Source: an uncultured delta proteobacterium (GTDB lineage Bacteria > Desulfobacterota > Desulfomonilia > UBA1062). From it: a DNA stretch of 64,000 nucleotides. Positions 32,034 to 42,546 of this stretch are shown here, piece after piece. The translations under genes were made by a program, and so were the position numbers. Location of the stretch: the NCBI GenBank assembly GCA_963752595.1, contig CAVVYZ010000009.1, positions 128,001-192,000 on the forward strand, in the 5' to 3' direction. Numbering within the stretch: position 1 is the stretch's first letter; every line of letters starts with the position of its first letter. The notes beneath the pieces were generated by a model that was not told the DNA's origin, ran no database searches, and saw only the letters and a list, made by a program, of their open reading frames with translations.

Positions 32034-33265
32034 ACCGCATCAACTGCCTCAGCATCAATTACCGTAATGCCCCTGTCGCGATAAGGGAAAAGATGCAACT
32101 CTCTCCTCGCAACCTCCTCGACCTCATGCAGAAGGATACGGAGATCTATGCACTCTCGACATGCAACCGGACCGAGCTCTATTGGACGGATATCGAGGAA
32201 CAGGTACTCCTCCGGCGCATGAGCGCCCTTTCCGGCATAGAAGAGGAAACGCTGAAAGGAGTTACTGAAATGCTCCGGGGCAAAGAGGCCTTACTGCATC
32301 TTTTCAAGGTTTCTTCCGGGCTCGATTCCCTGGTCATCGGAGAGACGCAGATCCTGGGCCAGGTCAAAGAGGCATACCGCGAGGCCCTCGAAGCGAAAAC
32401 AACCTCGATTTTCCTCAACAAGGCCCTTCACCGCGCCTTCCGCACTGCCAAACGGGTGCGCACCGAGACGGATATCGGCAAGTATCCGGTCTCTGTTGCA
32501 TCGGAAGCAGTGGAGCTTGCCTGCCATATCTTCGGCGACATCCTGGACAGCACGGTCCTGGTCATCGGTGCAGGCGACATGGCAAGCATTGCAGCACAGC
32601 GTCTCAAGGAACGGGGCGCCAGGAACCTGCTCATCATGAACAGGACCCACAGCACCGCATGCCGGCTGGCTCAGGAACTGGAAGGTACCCCCAGGCCGTT
32701 CGAAGCACTCCAGGAGGAGCTTGGCCGCTGCGATATCGTGATCACCTCCACAGGCTCTCCCGTTCCGATCATCAGCAAGCCCATGATGGACGTGGTCATG
32801 AAGCAGCGTCGCAACAGCCCGCTCATCATCATCGACATCGCGGTACCGAGAGATGTGGACCCCGCGGTAGGGAAATGCTATAATTGTTATCTTTATGACA
32901 TCGATGCGCTCAAAACCATTGTGGACAGGCACCTTACCAACCGTCAACAGCAGGCGGACAAGGCACTCTCGATCATCGCCGCCGAGGTCGAGCTTTTCGA
33001 AAAATGGGTCCACTCACTCAATGCACAGGACACGATCAGAGACCTGTTCAGCCTCATGGATGCGTACGTCGATGATGAGATCCGGCAAAGCGGCCTCGAG
33101 AGTGAGGACGCAGCCATGCTGGAACAGAAACTGCGGACATCCCTGAAGCGGCTTGTCCACCGGGTGGTGAGCTTCCTGAAGGAGCACCCGTCACTCGCCA
33201 ATATAGAACATACACGGAGGATTTTCCAGCTCGATGCGAATTATCAGGATCGGCACAAGGGGTAG
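32030..33265 (+). CDS. hemA: Glutamyl-tRNA reductase
   Basis: LSTCNRTE, GLDSLVIGETQILGQVK, VIGAGDM, DIAVPRD. Confidence 0.97.
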   Translation: MNRINCLSINYRNAPVAIREKMQLSPRNLLDLMQKDTEIYALSTCNRTELYWTDIEEQVLLRRMSALSGIEEETLKGVTEMLRGKEALLHLFKVSSGLDSLVIGETQILGQVKEAYREALEAKTTSIFLNKALHRAFRTAKRVRTETDIGKYPVSVASEAVELACHIFGDILDSTVLVIGAGDMASIAAQRLKERGARNLLIMNRTHSTACRLAQELEGTPRPFEALQEELGRCDIVITSTGSPVPIISKPMMDVVMKQRRNSPLIIIDIAVPRDVDPAVGKCYNCYLYDIDALKTIVDRHLTNRQQQADKALSIIAAEVELFEKWVHSLNAQDTIRDLFSLMDAYVDDEIRQSGLESEDAAMLEQKLRTSLKRLVHRVVSFLKEHPSLANIEHTRRIFQLDANYQDRHKG

Positions 33266-34127
33266 CAGGCTCGCTCTCCGTCAGACTGAAATGGTTCGGG
33301 AGGCCTTATCGCTCGTTGCCCCTGAAATCAAGACGGACGTATGCGTCGTGAAGACGACCGGAGACATCCTCTCGGAAGCGCCGCTCGATGCTATCGGCGG
33401 CAAGGGGGTCTTCGTCAAGGAGATCGAGCGGGTCCTTATCGCTGAAGAGATAGACTGCGCCGTGCACAGCCTCAAGGACATGCAGGCCGTGCTGCCCGAA
33501 GGGCTTAGCGTCAGCGCATACCTGAAACGGGAAGATCCCAGGGACATGCTCTTTTCGAAAAACGGCTTTACCCTGAAAACGCTGCCTTCGGGTTCGAGGG
33601 TCGGCACTTCGAGCATGCGCAGGCGATGCCAGCTCAAAATCCTGCGGCCGGACCTGGAAATAACGGACATACGGGGGAATGTACCGACCCGCCTCGGAAA
33701 GATCGGCCACGGCGTCGATGCAGTGATCCTTGCAGCTGCCGGGGTAAAAAGGCTCGGCCTTGCAGAGGGAACGGCCCTCGATATCGAAGACATGCTTCCT
33801 TCTCCCGGCCAGGGCATCATCGCCATAGAGAGCAGGGGTTCTGATGCCCGGCTCAATACCATATTGAAGAAGCTTGACCACATCCCCACGCGGGTGTGCG
33901 CCGAGACCGAGCGTTCGTTCCTTGCCGCCCTGGGCCAGGACTGCAGCCTTCCGGCAGGGGCTCATGCGACGTTCCACGACGACCTCATATTCATCACCGG
34001 CATACTCGGCTACCCCGATGAATCATCGATTGAAAAGATGCATATGGAAGGAGTCGATGCCTCCGTCGGATCCCGCCTGGGACTCGGCTTGAAAGCCAGG
34101 GTTCATCCGGAAGAAGGTCTCTCATGA
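33234..34127 (+). CDS. hemC: Hydroxymethylbilane synthase
   Basis: IGTRGSRLAL, GGKGVFVKE, AVHSLKD, GTSSMRR, IRGNV. Confidence 0.97.
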   Translation: MRIIRIGTRGSRLALRQTEMVREALSLVAPEIKTDVCVVKTTGDILSEAPLDAIGGKGVFVKEIERVLIAEEIDCAVHSLKDMQAVLPEGLSVSAYLKREDPRDMLFSKNGFTLKTLPSGSRVGTSSMRRRCQLKILRPDLEITDIRGNVPTRLGKIGHGVDAVILAAAGVKRLGLAEGTALDIEDMLPSPGQGIIAIESRGSDARLNTILKKLDHIPTRVCAETERSFLAALGQDCSLPAGAHATFHDDLIFITGILGYPDESSIEKMHMEGVDASVGSRLGLGLKARVHPEEGLS

Positions 34128-35605
34128 AGGTATACCTCATCGGCACAGGACCGGGCGACCCGGGGCTCATCACGCTCAAAGGATCGCGGATCATCCCCCT
34201 ATGCGATGCAGTCGTCTATGACGATCTCATTCCGCCGGAGATCCTGAGCCTGGCAAAGCCCGGGGCGCAAAAGATATATGTGGGCAAGAGGGCCGGGCGG
34301 GACTACATGAAGCAGCCTCAGATCAATGATCTCCTGCTCAGCCTTGCCGGGCAGGGTCTTACCATAGCACGCCTCAAGGGCGGAGATCCGTGCATCTTCG
34401 GACGGGGCGGGGAAGAGGCCCTTTTCTTACATGAAAACAACATCCCCTTCGAGATCATCCCCGGGATCACCTCGGCCATAGCCGGGCCGATCAGCGCGGG
34501 CATCCCGCCGACCCACCGTGGGATAGCGTCTTCGGTCAAATTCATCACGGCACACGAAGACCCGGACAAGAGCTCCGGCTTTCTCGACTGGTCTCTGCTG
34601 GCCAGAGACAGCGGGACTCTGGTGTTTCTCATGGGTGCTTCGCGGATCGGTCGGATCGCGGATAAGCTCATGGGTGAAGGGATGAGGCCGGACATGCCCT
34701 GCGCCCTTATACAGAATGCCACCACACCCATGCAGCGCCATATTGTCTCAACCCTCGCGGATGTGGGGGCCGAAGCGGAAAAATACGGAATCGGCTCTCC
34801 CTGCATCGTCGTGGTGGGAGCAGTCGCCGCCTTGAGCAAGGATCTCTACGTGGAGGCTGTGAAGCCCCTGCAGGGAAAATCCGTGCTGATAACCAGGCCT
34901 TCCCACCTGGCGATCGAGAGCGCTCCTTTGTTTACGGAAAACGGGGCAAAGGTCGTGCTCTATCCTTTGATAGAAATATCCCCGCTCCCATTCGATCTGC
35001 CGGATGTTGCAGCCTTTGACCTCTTCATCTTCACCTCCCAGAATGCAGTGCCTTTGTTTCTGGATAAACTTTTTGCAGCAGATCTTGATGTCCGGGCATT
35101 CTCGGGCAAGGAGATCTACTGCATCGGCCCCAAGACAAGGGAGGCTCTGCGCAGCTACGGAATCATCGCGGACGGCATGGCAGAAGAATACCGTGCCGAA
35201 GGGATCATAGAGATGCTGCGCGGAAAGGATCTCTCAGAAAAAAAGGTATGCCTGCCCAGGGCCAAAGGCGCGAGGACGTACCTGGTGGACGCCCTGAAGG
35301 AAAAAGGGGCGGTGGTAGAGGAAATCTTTGTCTACGAAACCACGCTCCCAAAGGATGCAAACAGGCAGGATTTCCTCGCTGCCCTTGCAGAAGCGGATAC
35401 CGCCGTCTTCACCAGCCCGTCGGGGTTCAGGCATGCCCTGATGCTCCTGGAAGACGACCCGGGACCCCTGAAGGATAAAAAACTCGTTGCCATCGGCCCG
35501 GTGACCGCCTCGGCAATGGAAAAGGCAGGCTTTCCTGCCCACATTACGGCCGCGGAATACACCGATGCCGGGATTATCGAAGCAATGAAAGGAGATCCGT
35601 CATGA
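34124..35605 (+). CDS. cobA: Uroporphyrinogen-III C-methyltransferase / uroporphyrinogen-III synthase fusion (CobA-HemD)
   Basis: GTGPGDPGLIT, RLKGGDPCIFGRGGEE; HemD half VLITRP, FTSQNAV, FTSPS, AIGPVT. Confidence 0.95.
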   Translation: MKVYLIGTGPGDPGLITLKGSRIIPLCDAVVYDDLIPPEILSLAKPGAQKIYVGKRAGRDYMKQPQINDLLLSLAGQGLTIARLKGGDPCIFGRGGEEALFLHENNIPFEIIPGITSAIAGPISAGIPPTHRGIASSVKFITAHEDPDKSSGFLDWSLLARDSGTLVFLMGASRIGRIADKLMGEGMRPDMPCALIQNATTPMQRHIVSTLADVGAEAEKYGIGSPCIVVVGAVAALSKDLYVEAVKPLQGKSVLITRPSHLAIESAPLFTENGAKVVLYPLIEISPLPFDLPDVAAFDLFIFTSQNAVPLFLDKLFAADLDVRAFSGKEIYCIGPKTREALRSYGIIADGMAEEYRAEGIIEMLRGKDLSEKKVCLPRAKGARTYLVDALKEKGAVVEEIFVYETTLPKDANRQDFLAALAEADTAVFTSPSGFRHALMLLEDDPGPLKDKKLVAIGPVTASAMEKAGFPAHITAAEYTDAGIIEAMKGDPS

Positions 35606-36780
35606 TCGGCATCTCGAAACTCTACTGCGGAACCGTGGAGGCTTCCGACCCGCTGAGGTACGGCAGGCTCTCCAAGGATCTTCCCTCCCACCTCCTCCAA
35701 TTCTCGTCCGACAAGAAGCCGGTCGTGGTCTGGAATGCAACGTCTGCCTGCAACCTCAAGTGCGTGCACTGCTATGCATCGGCAGGAAAACTGCAGTCGC
35801 GTAATGAGCTCTCCACAAGGCAGGGGCTTGAGCTCATCGAAGACCTCAAAGATTACGGTTCCCCTGTCATCCTCTTCTCAGGCGGCGAGCCGCTGCTGAG
35901 GAAGGACCTTCCCGATCTGATCAAGAAGGCGGTCAAGTCAAAGATGCGCGCCGTGATCTCCACGAACGGGACTCTCATCACCCAGGATCTCGCCATGGAA
36001 CTCTCGGACTACGGCCTTTCCTATATCGGGGTGAGTCTGGACGGCATGGAAGAGGTCAACGACATCTTCCGGGGCGTTTCGGGGGCTTTCAATGATGCCA
36101 TGAAGGGCATCTATCACGCTATGCACCAGGGTATCAAGGTAGGGCTTCGCTTCACCATGAACAAGCGGAACATGGGAGAGATCCCGAAGATCCTCGACCT
36201 CATGAAGTCCGAAGGGATTCCCCGCATCTGTTTTTATCACCTGGTATACACGGGCAGGGCAAAAGAGCTCATGGAAGAAGACCTTACCCATGAGCAGACC
36301 AGGCAGACCCTTGACCTCATCATGGACAGGACAAAAGAGATGATCGCTGCAGGCCGGAACGTAGAGGTGCTCACCGTGGACAACCATGCGGACGGCCCCT
36401 ATGTATACCTGCGCCTGAAGTCCCAGGGCGATCCCCGCGCCGGAGAAGTGCTCGAACTTCTCAAGATGAACGGCGGCAACTCTTCGGGACTGGGCATCGG
36501 CTGCATAAACTGGGACGGCGAGGTATATCCCGATCAGTTCTGGCGCCACAAGGTACTCGGCAGCGTGAAGGACCGCCGCTTTTCAGAAATCTGGGAAGAC
36601 ACATCCAATGAGCTGCTCATGAAGCTCAAGAACAAGAAAGACTACGTAACCGGAAGATGCCGGAGATGCAGGTGGCTTACGGTGTGCGGAGGCAATTTCC
36701 GCGCCCGCGCCGAGGCTGCCACCGGCGATCCGTGGGGAGTTGACCCTGCCTGTTACTTAAGCGACGAAGAGATCTCATAA
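35602..36780 (+). CDS. ahbC: 12,18-didecarboxysiroheme deacetylase (radical SAM/SPASM, alternative heme biosynthesis)
   Basis: MIGISKLYCG...DPLRYGR, KKPVVVWN, CNLKCVHCY, LTVDNHADG, CGGNFRARA. Confidence 0.92.
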   Translation: MIGISKLYCGTVEASDPLRYGRLSKDLPSHLLQFSSDKKPVVVWNATSACNLKCVHCYASAGKLQSRNELSTRQGLELIEDLKDYGSPVILFSGGEPLLRKDLPDLIKKAVKSKMRAVISTNGTLITQDLAMELSDYGLSYIGVSLDGMEEVNDIFRGVSGAFNDAMKGIYHAMHQGIKVGLRFTMNKRNMGEIPKILDLMKSEGIPRICFYHLVYTGRAKELMEEDLTHEQTRQTLDLIMDRTKEMIAAGRNVEVLTVDNHADGPYVYLRLKSQGDPRAGEVLELLKMNGGNSSGLGIGCINWDGEVYPDQFWRHKVLGSVKDRRFSEIWEDTSNELLMKLKNKKDYVTGRCRRCRWLTVCGGNFRARAEAATGDPWGVDPACYLSDEEIS

Positions 36781-36865
36781 GGGGAAAATAAATTGTCCCT
36801 TAAGCGAGCCGCGAGGTATTAACTCTTTAGATTAACACGCTCTTCCCTTATGATCTTTCCGGGGA

Positions 36866-37279
36866 TCAGCTCCCGGGTTTTTCCATCCTGCTGAATATCG
36901 GGTCAGCCGCGAGGAGTACCGTACGGTCGAGGCCTGCTTCACGGTCCTGATTGGCTTCCATGTATTCGGGAGAAGCAACCATGTCCAGAAACGCCTTCCG
37001 GGAAGGGTATTCCACGAGCATCACGTGATCGAAGGCGTCGTCTTCATATCCGATGAAGACCTGGTCAACGCTTCCCAGCCAGATCAGACGTCCGCCTGCC
37101 TTCTTCAGTAGAGTGCCGAGGGCATTCGCATACCGTTCATAGGATTGCTTGCCCGTTTCGCCTTCTTCTTTGCCTTTCGGGTTGAATTTCAAGAGGTTGA
37201 CCATGACGAAAGTACCTTGCTTTTCACTCCTTTTCAGTTCCCTGAATTGATCCCCGGTCGGATTATTTGTTTTCATCAC
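36866..37279 (-). CDS. DUF1330 domain protein
   Basis: VMVNLLKF, GGRLIWLG, LVEYPSRKAFLDM, REAGL. Confidence 0.85.
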   Translation of the reverse strand: MMKTNNPTGDQFRELKRSEKQGTFVMVNLLKFNPKGKEEGETGKQSYERYANALGTLLKKAGGRLIWLGSVDQVFIGYEDDAFDHVMLVEYPSRKAFLDMVASPEYMEANQDREAGLDRTVLLAADPIFSRMEKPGS

Positions 37280-37315
37280 GCGTTCCCTCCCCTGCCCGAT
37301 GATATCACGTGCAGT

Positions 37316-38444
37316 TTATATCGTCTCCGGGCACATGATCAAAGCCTGTTCGACTTCCTTCCTGACCATGCCTGAAGACTGCGGATAAAAGCCTCTCAGG
37401 GCTTTTCCGGCCTTGCCGCCGCCGATCCTTCCCAGCGCCCATGCAGCCATGGAGCGCACCCGCTCGTCCTCACTGACCGAATACGCCTTCACAAGGTCCG
37501 GTGTATACCGTTCATCACGACTGTTTCCCATGGCCCTGGCAGCATTCATCTTCCATTTCCAGAGCATGTCCGGTCCCATGTAGAACATATGCGGCCGGAC
37601 ATTTTTCTCAAAATATTCCCTGTCCATATTCAAGAGTATTGTTAGATCGAAGTGTTCCGCCTTTGCAGCCACGCGTACGATTTTCCTGCAACCCCTGGCC
37701 AAGCCAGGCAGCATTTCTCGGGCAGACGTTCTGGCAGCGGTCGCAGCCGTATACGTACATCCCCATTGGTTCCCGTAATTCAAGGGGCGTGATCTCTTTT
37801 CCAAAATAGGTAAGATACGAGATGCATCTGCGGGGGTCGATGGTACCGTTTCCCTTCAGTGCACGGGTCGGGCATGCAGCGATGCAGGCATTGCGGCACC
37901 AGTCAGGGCAGTCATATTCTGCCGTGGACTTGTCAGGGGTGAACTCCTGGTCCACGACGACCGCCATGGGTATGACCCATGAGCTTCCCCGGAATTTCCG
38001 CGAGTAGAAGAGGCAGTTCTTTCCAAGGGTTCCGAGCCCTGCCCGTGTGGCTGCAGCCCTGTGGGGAAGATCGAACGGCACCTTGGACTCTATCCCGTGC
38101 TCACGCAGGAATGTCCGGAAAGCCTTGATGCGCATGCTCATCCCGTCTTTGGTAACACGGTCGTCATCCAGGTAGCATCTTCCGAACGTACCCTCAAGGG
38201 ATCTGGGGAAGGATTCCCGGAAATAGGAGTCAATGAGAACGATGATGGACTTTGCCCCCGGGAGAAAGGTATGCGGGTCTGTTCCTGCCGGCAGATCCAG
38301 TCCTATTTTCTTTGTCCAGCCGTATTCTTCCTGCCGGGCCGTAAGAAATTCACGCTGGGAATCAAAAGCCTCAGCAGTGGTAAACCCGACATCCTCGAAT
38401 CCGAGCAAGACCGCCCGGTCTCTGATCTCTTCCTTTGTCAGCAT
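37316..38444 (-). CDS. queG: Epoxyqueuosine reductase (QueG-like), one frameshift near 37690
   Basis: AGLGTLGKN, CRNACIAACPT, CISYLT, YGCDRCQNVCP; HEAT-repeat C-terminus (NAARAMGN, AAWALGRIGG) in the next frame. Confidence 0.8.
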
Positions 38445-38620
38445 ATACTGCCAAACCCCCTCTCATCTAAAATAGAACAATCGTTACATTGTCAGCCAAC
38501 TCTCCCTTGCTGTCAAGCAAGGTATTTGCTCCCATTAATCTCTTCTTCACCTATCCATCATCACAGGCCTGGTGTATTATTGAAATATGACTCATGATGA
38601 TGAACTGATCAGGGAATTGG

Positions 38621-39559
38621 ATGATCATGTCTAGGTGGATCAGACCCTTTTTATGCTTTATTTTTATTATCTTTTTCTCTGCACAAGCTGTGCATGCTCA
38701 GCAGCTGTCACGGATCGAGAGTCATGAGGTGACCGTCCTGTGCGAAAAGACTCTTGTTCCTGCAGCCAGGGAGGTCATCACCCTCTATTCCGCGCTCAAG
38801 GCAGAGCTTGAAGCGACCTTCCTCTGGGACATCGATTTCAAGCCAGTCGTCGTTCTCATAGGCCAAAGGGGGATCTTCCAGCAGATGTCGGGCCACCGTT
38901 CGTTTGTAGCCTATGCGATCCCGCAGAAAGAACTCATCGTTGTCGACTTCACCAGGATGAATGAGGACCCCTTTACCCTGGAAGTGACACTCAAGCATGA
39001 GCTTTGTCATCTGCTCCTTCACCGGCGCATGGAGAAAACAGACCTGCCCAAGTGGCTTGATGAAGGGGTTGCCCAGTGGATAAGCGAAGGGATCCCGGAA
39101 ATAATCACTACCGGGAGGCCATCCATGCTCACCCAGGCAGCTTTTACAGGCCGCCTGCCGGCCCTCGAAAGCCTCGCGTACTCTTTCCCCCGGGACGAGC
39201 AGGGTCTGGCTCTTGCGTATGAGCAGAGCAGATCCATAGTGGAGTTCATCATCGACAACTACGGCAAGAACGGCATTCTCAACATCCTTGAAACAATGAG
39301 GAAGGGCGCAGGTTACCGGGATGCCATTCTGCTGTCGCTGATGATTTCCTATCCTGAACTGGAGAAGAGATGGCAGGAAGACCAGCAAGGCATGATGGCT
39401 GTCCTGTCGTATTTTGCCGTCAATCTCTATACGATTATTTTTGTCATGGCGGCACTTCTCACCTTCTGGATTTATATCAGGTTGACCATCAGGAAAAGGC
39501 GCCTCCGTGAAGAACCGGAGGATGAAGATCACACCCCCCTTGGCCCCTTGCCCTCGTAA
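38621..39559 (+). CDS. Peptidase MA-like zinc metalloprotease, membrane anchored
   Basis: Signal peptide, HELCH, PKWLDEGVAQW, AYEQS, C-terminal TM. Confidence 0.85.
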   Translation: MIMSRWIRPFLCFIFIIFFSAQAVHAQQLSRIESHEVTVLCEKTLVPAAREVITLYSALKAELEATFLWDIDFKPVVVLIGQRGIFQQMSGHRSFVAYAIPQKELIVVDFTRMNEDPFTLEVTLKHELCHLLLHRRMEKTDLPKWLDEGVAQWISEGIPEIITTGRPSMLTQAAFTGRLPALESLAYSFPRDEQGLALAYEQSRSIVEFIIDNYGKNGILNILETMRKGAGYRDAILLSLMISYPELEKRWQEDQQGMMAVLSYFAVNLYTIIFVMAALLTFWIYIRLTIRKRRLREEPEDEDHTPLGPLPS

Positions 39560-39640
39560 TCGCCGCCCGCGATTCATTCCTCAATAGTATCGTTCAGTTT
39601 CACTTTTGACATTGAGGGAGATGGGGAAAATGGTTGATTT

Positions 39641-39680
39641 TAGTTTGTATATGAACTATTTAGTTTCCATATGAATTATT
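39641..39680. promoter_or_regulatory. Tandem MarR-type operator palindromes
   Basis: TAGTTtgtatatgAACTA and TAGTTtccatatgAAtTA repeated at 20-bp spacing just upstream of the marR gene; TTGACA at 39606-39611. Confidence 0.65.
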
Positions 39681-39695
39681 TATCAGGAGTTTTAT

Positions 39696-40133
39696 ATGAC
39701 GGATAAACGGCTTTTCTTTAAATATAACCGCTCCCAGCATTTGCTGTATACCAAGATGGAGCAGGGATGTATGGCAGAGCTCGGGATCACTCCGATCCAG
39801 CTCGGCGCAATATTTTATCTTCTCAAAAATGATGGCTGCCTTCAGAAAGACATTGCCCGGGGCCTTCACCTGAATAAACCTGCAATTACCGGCCTTATGG
39901 CCAGGATGGAACGGGCAGGACTCATCGAAAGAAAAGGATGCAGCAGGGATGGGAGGGCTTCCCGGACCTTTCTCACGGATAAGGCGAAAGATCTGGCAGC
40001 CAAGGCATTCCCCCTTCTGGAGAAACTCAATGGGGCCATAACGCAGGGATTTTCAGAAGAAGAGATAGATGTGATTCACCGGTTCTTTGATTCCGTGATC
40101 ATACAGTTTTCCAAGGAGGACATATATGAATAG
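39696..40133 (+). CDS. MarR family transcriptional regulator
   Basis: GITPIQ, QKDIARGL, AITGLMARMERAGLIER, DGRA..LTDK. Confidence 0.93.
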   Translation: MTDKRLFFKYNRSQHLLYTKMEQGCMAELGITPIQLGAIFYLLKNDGCLQKDIARGLHLNKPAITGLMARMERAGLIERKGCSRDGRASRTFLTDKAKDLAAKAFPLLEKLNGAITQGFSEEEIDVIHRFFDSVIIQFSKEDIYE

Positions 40134-40587
40134 CATGCACACCGCTTTCCAGAAGCTTGCACGCATTCCTTTCGGCAGGCATATTGCCTCCAAAGCGGTA
40201 AGCTTGAAGATCCCCTATTTCTCGACCATCCGACCTCTCATAACCGAGCTCAAGCCCGGAGAGTGCACCATTGTCATGAAAGACCGGAGGTCGGTGCGCA
40301 ATCACCTGGGCTCTGTCCATGCCATTGCCATGTGCAACCTGTGCGAACTCACCATGGGTATGGCGCTGCACCCCAGCATGCCGCCGAACATGCGGTGGAT
40401 ACCCAGAGGAATGAAGGTCCGCTACCTGAAAAAGGCCCATGGGACGCTTACGGGCAGGTGCACTCTGGATCCGGTCAGCATACTGCCCGGAGATATCGAG
40501 CTCCTCGTATCAGTCACGGACAGCAACGGTGATCTTGTCATGGATGCAGTTATTACCGTGCTCATCTCGGAACATAAGGCGGCTTGA
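40126..40587 (+). CDS. Hotdog-fold thioesterase (DUF4442-like)
   Basis: PYFSTIRP, VRNHLGSVHAIAMCNLCE, RWIPRGM, YLKKA. Confidence 0.88.
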   Translation: MNSMHTAFQKLARIPFGRHIASKAVSLKIPYFSTIRPLITELKPGECTIVMKDRRSVRNHLGSVHAIAMCNLCELTMGMALHPSMPPNMRWIPRGMKVRYLKKAHGTLTGRCTLDPVSILPGDIELLVSVTDSNGDLVMDAVITVLISEHKAA

Positions 40588-40621
40588 TGATTGCCGATGG
40601 TCTTCAGCCCGGATCTCCAGC

Positions 40622-41167
40622 TCATTCAGGGCACTGAACCATATCGCCGGGATGAAGAATCCACTCATCCGGGATGATTTCACCGATGAGCACACCATTG
40701 TCGAAAACCCGTACGATCCCGCTTTCCGAGACGACCACCGCAATGGCATCCGTGTGTTTTGTAATGGAAGCAGCCGCAACGTGCCTGCTCCCGAGGCCAA
40801 GAGGAACGCGGATGCCTTTGGAGGAGGCATCGATGTAACGACAGGCCGACTTCACGATGCCGGAATCGGAAACAATGAAGGCGCCGTCGAGTTGGGCAAG
40901 CTCCTTCACGGTCTCCCTGAGGTTGGAGTCATCAATATGTTTCAGGCGATCCGGATGGCATGCCAGAGGATCGAGAATCATGCTCTTGGAACGTCTCATG
41001 GTGTTTTCGGTATCGGAAACCACGAACATGGTTCCTATTCTTCGTCCTTCCCTTCCTTCCCTGGCTATTTCAAAGGCCAAGGTAATGATCTTTTCCAGGA
41101 CATCGAGATTCACCCCCCGGTCAGAGGTACACAGATCATGAATGGTTCGAACAATCCTTCTTTCCAT
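40622..41167 (-). CDS. Stand-alone diadenylate cyclase (DisA_N/DAC domain)
   Basis: EGREGRRIGT, KELAQLDGAF, GLGSRHVAAA, VVSESGIVRVF. Confidence 0.85.
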   Translation of the reverse strand: MERRIVRTIHDLCTSDRGVNLDVLEKIITLAFEIAREGREGRRIGTMFVVSDTENTMRRSKSMILDPLACHPDRLKHIDDSNLRETVKELAQLDGAFIVSDSGIVKSACRYIDASSKGIRVPLGLGSRHVAAASITKHTDAIAVVVSESGIVRVFDNGVLIGEIIPDEWILHPGDMVQCPE

Positions 41168-41356
41168 CGTCAAAGGCCCCTAAAAAACAGCGCGAATCGC
41201 TTTTTTTAGCGTCAGCCTCTTTCCAGTCACACCGGACTCTTTCTTTGTAATCTCATTATTCTCTCAGCCGGCACAAATCGCAGGCAAGAGTATCTATCTT
41301 CTTGCTCTCATGGAATATTAGAATAGAGGGGGTCGACTAAAACCCAAGCGTTTTTG

Positions 41357-42286
41357 TTATATCATGTGCAGAGGCCGCTTCCGCCTGGGCAGATCTATGT
41401 GCTCTCCGTCATGCGCAGCAATGACCTCAGGATGGAAGCGTGAAGCCTCCTCCACAAATTCATCCGAAGAGGTATACCGCTGGGAATAGTGGCTCAAAAC
41501 AAGCTGCCTCACCTTGCTGTCTCTGGCGATCATCCCTGCCTGGGCAGCAGTGAGGTGGCCGAATTCCTGAGCTTTTACTTTAAGATCATCCAGGAACGTA
41601 GCTTCTATGAGAAGCATATCGGCGCCCCAAGCAAGGTCTTTGACGGCATCGCACATCCTGGTGTCCATGACATAAGCAAACACCTGCCCGGGAAGAGCAC
41701 TCCCCACATCATCAACGGTTACTATCTGGGATTTCACTCGAACACGGCCGCTCTTTTTCAGCTCGCCTGCCATGGCTCCGAAGATACCCACTTTGCAGAG
41801 CATTTCAGGATCAAGGGTATATGAATCCTTTTCCTGGATGCGGAAGCCGAATGTCTCGATCTCATGATCGAGCCTGACCGAGGTGATTGTGAGGCGGTCA
41901 TTCTCGGAAATAATGCCTTCGTGCTGAATGGGGCACGCTCTTAAGCGCGCTTCGTTATGGTACGAACAGGCATCCCTCAAGTGTTCATAATACCGCTGTC
42001 CGGATGCCGGGTAGTACACCTCGATGGTCTGGGGTACGCGGTCAAGGGAGATGCGCTGGATGATACCGGCAAGACCGAGACAGTGATCTCCATGAAAATG
42101 GCTGATGAAGATCTTGGTGATCCCCGAGACAGCGACTCCGGCAAGGATCATCTGGCGCTGCGTCCCCTCCCCGGGGTCAAAGAGAAATCCTTCATTATCG
42201 AATCTGAGGAAATAGCCGTTCTGGTTCCTCTCACGCGCAGGTACCTGGCTTGCGGTACCCAGGACAATGAGCTTTCTCTCGGACAT
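41357..42286 (-). CDS. rnz: Ribonuclease Z
   Basis: LGTASQVP, FDPGEGTQRQ, HFHGDHCLG, DTR, EATF, GHLTA, LSHYSQRY. Confidence 0.95.
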   Translation of the reverse strand: MSERKLIVLGTASQVPARERNQNGYFLRFDNEGFLFDPGEGTQRQMILAGVAVSGITKIFISHFHGDHCLGLAGIIQRISLDRVPQTIEVYYPASGQRYYEHLRDACSYHNEARLRACPIQHEGIISENDRLTITSVRLDHEIETFGFRIQEKDSYTLDPEMLCKVGIFGAMAGELKKSGRVRVKSQIVTVDDVGSALPGQVFAYVMDTRMCDAVKDLAWGADMLLIEATFLDDLKVKAQEFGHLTAAQAGMIARDSKVRQLVLSHYSQRYTSSDEFVEEASRFHPEVIAAHDGEHIDLPRRKRPLHMI

Positions 42287-42546
42287 ATATGTAACCTTTT
42301 TTCCTTATTCTCTATCACCAGAGGCCTTACCTATGAAGATATCCTTTTACTTTGGGGAAATCTACCCTTCTCAACCCCTTGAAGCAATATTAGTTTTAAA
42401 ATAATTACTTTTCAGCAGCTGTTCGCAGGGAGATAATAAGAAGGCAAGGGTCGGGGCCTTTTTTACCAGACATACTACACATTATGTCAAAAATCGTTTC
42501 CTGATTTACTGTCTTTACCAGGGTCGCGGATTATTATCCGGTTATT

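Noticed and set aside
41180-41210. A/T-flanked hairpin just upstream of the DAC start as a riboswitch expression platform
   Set aside because: GC core is only 4 bp and no aptamer such as ydaO is recognisable upstream
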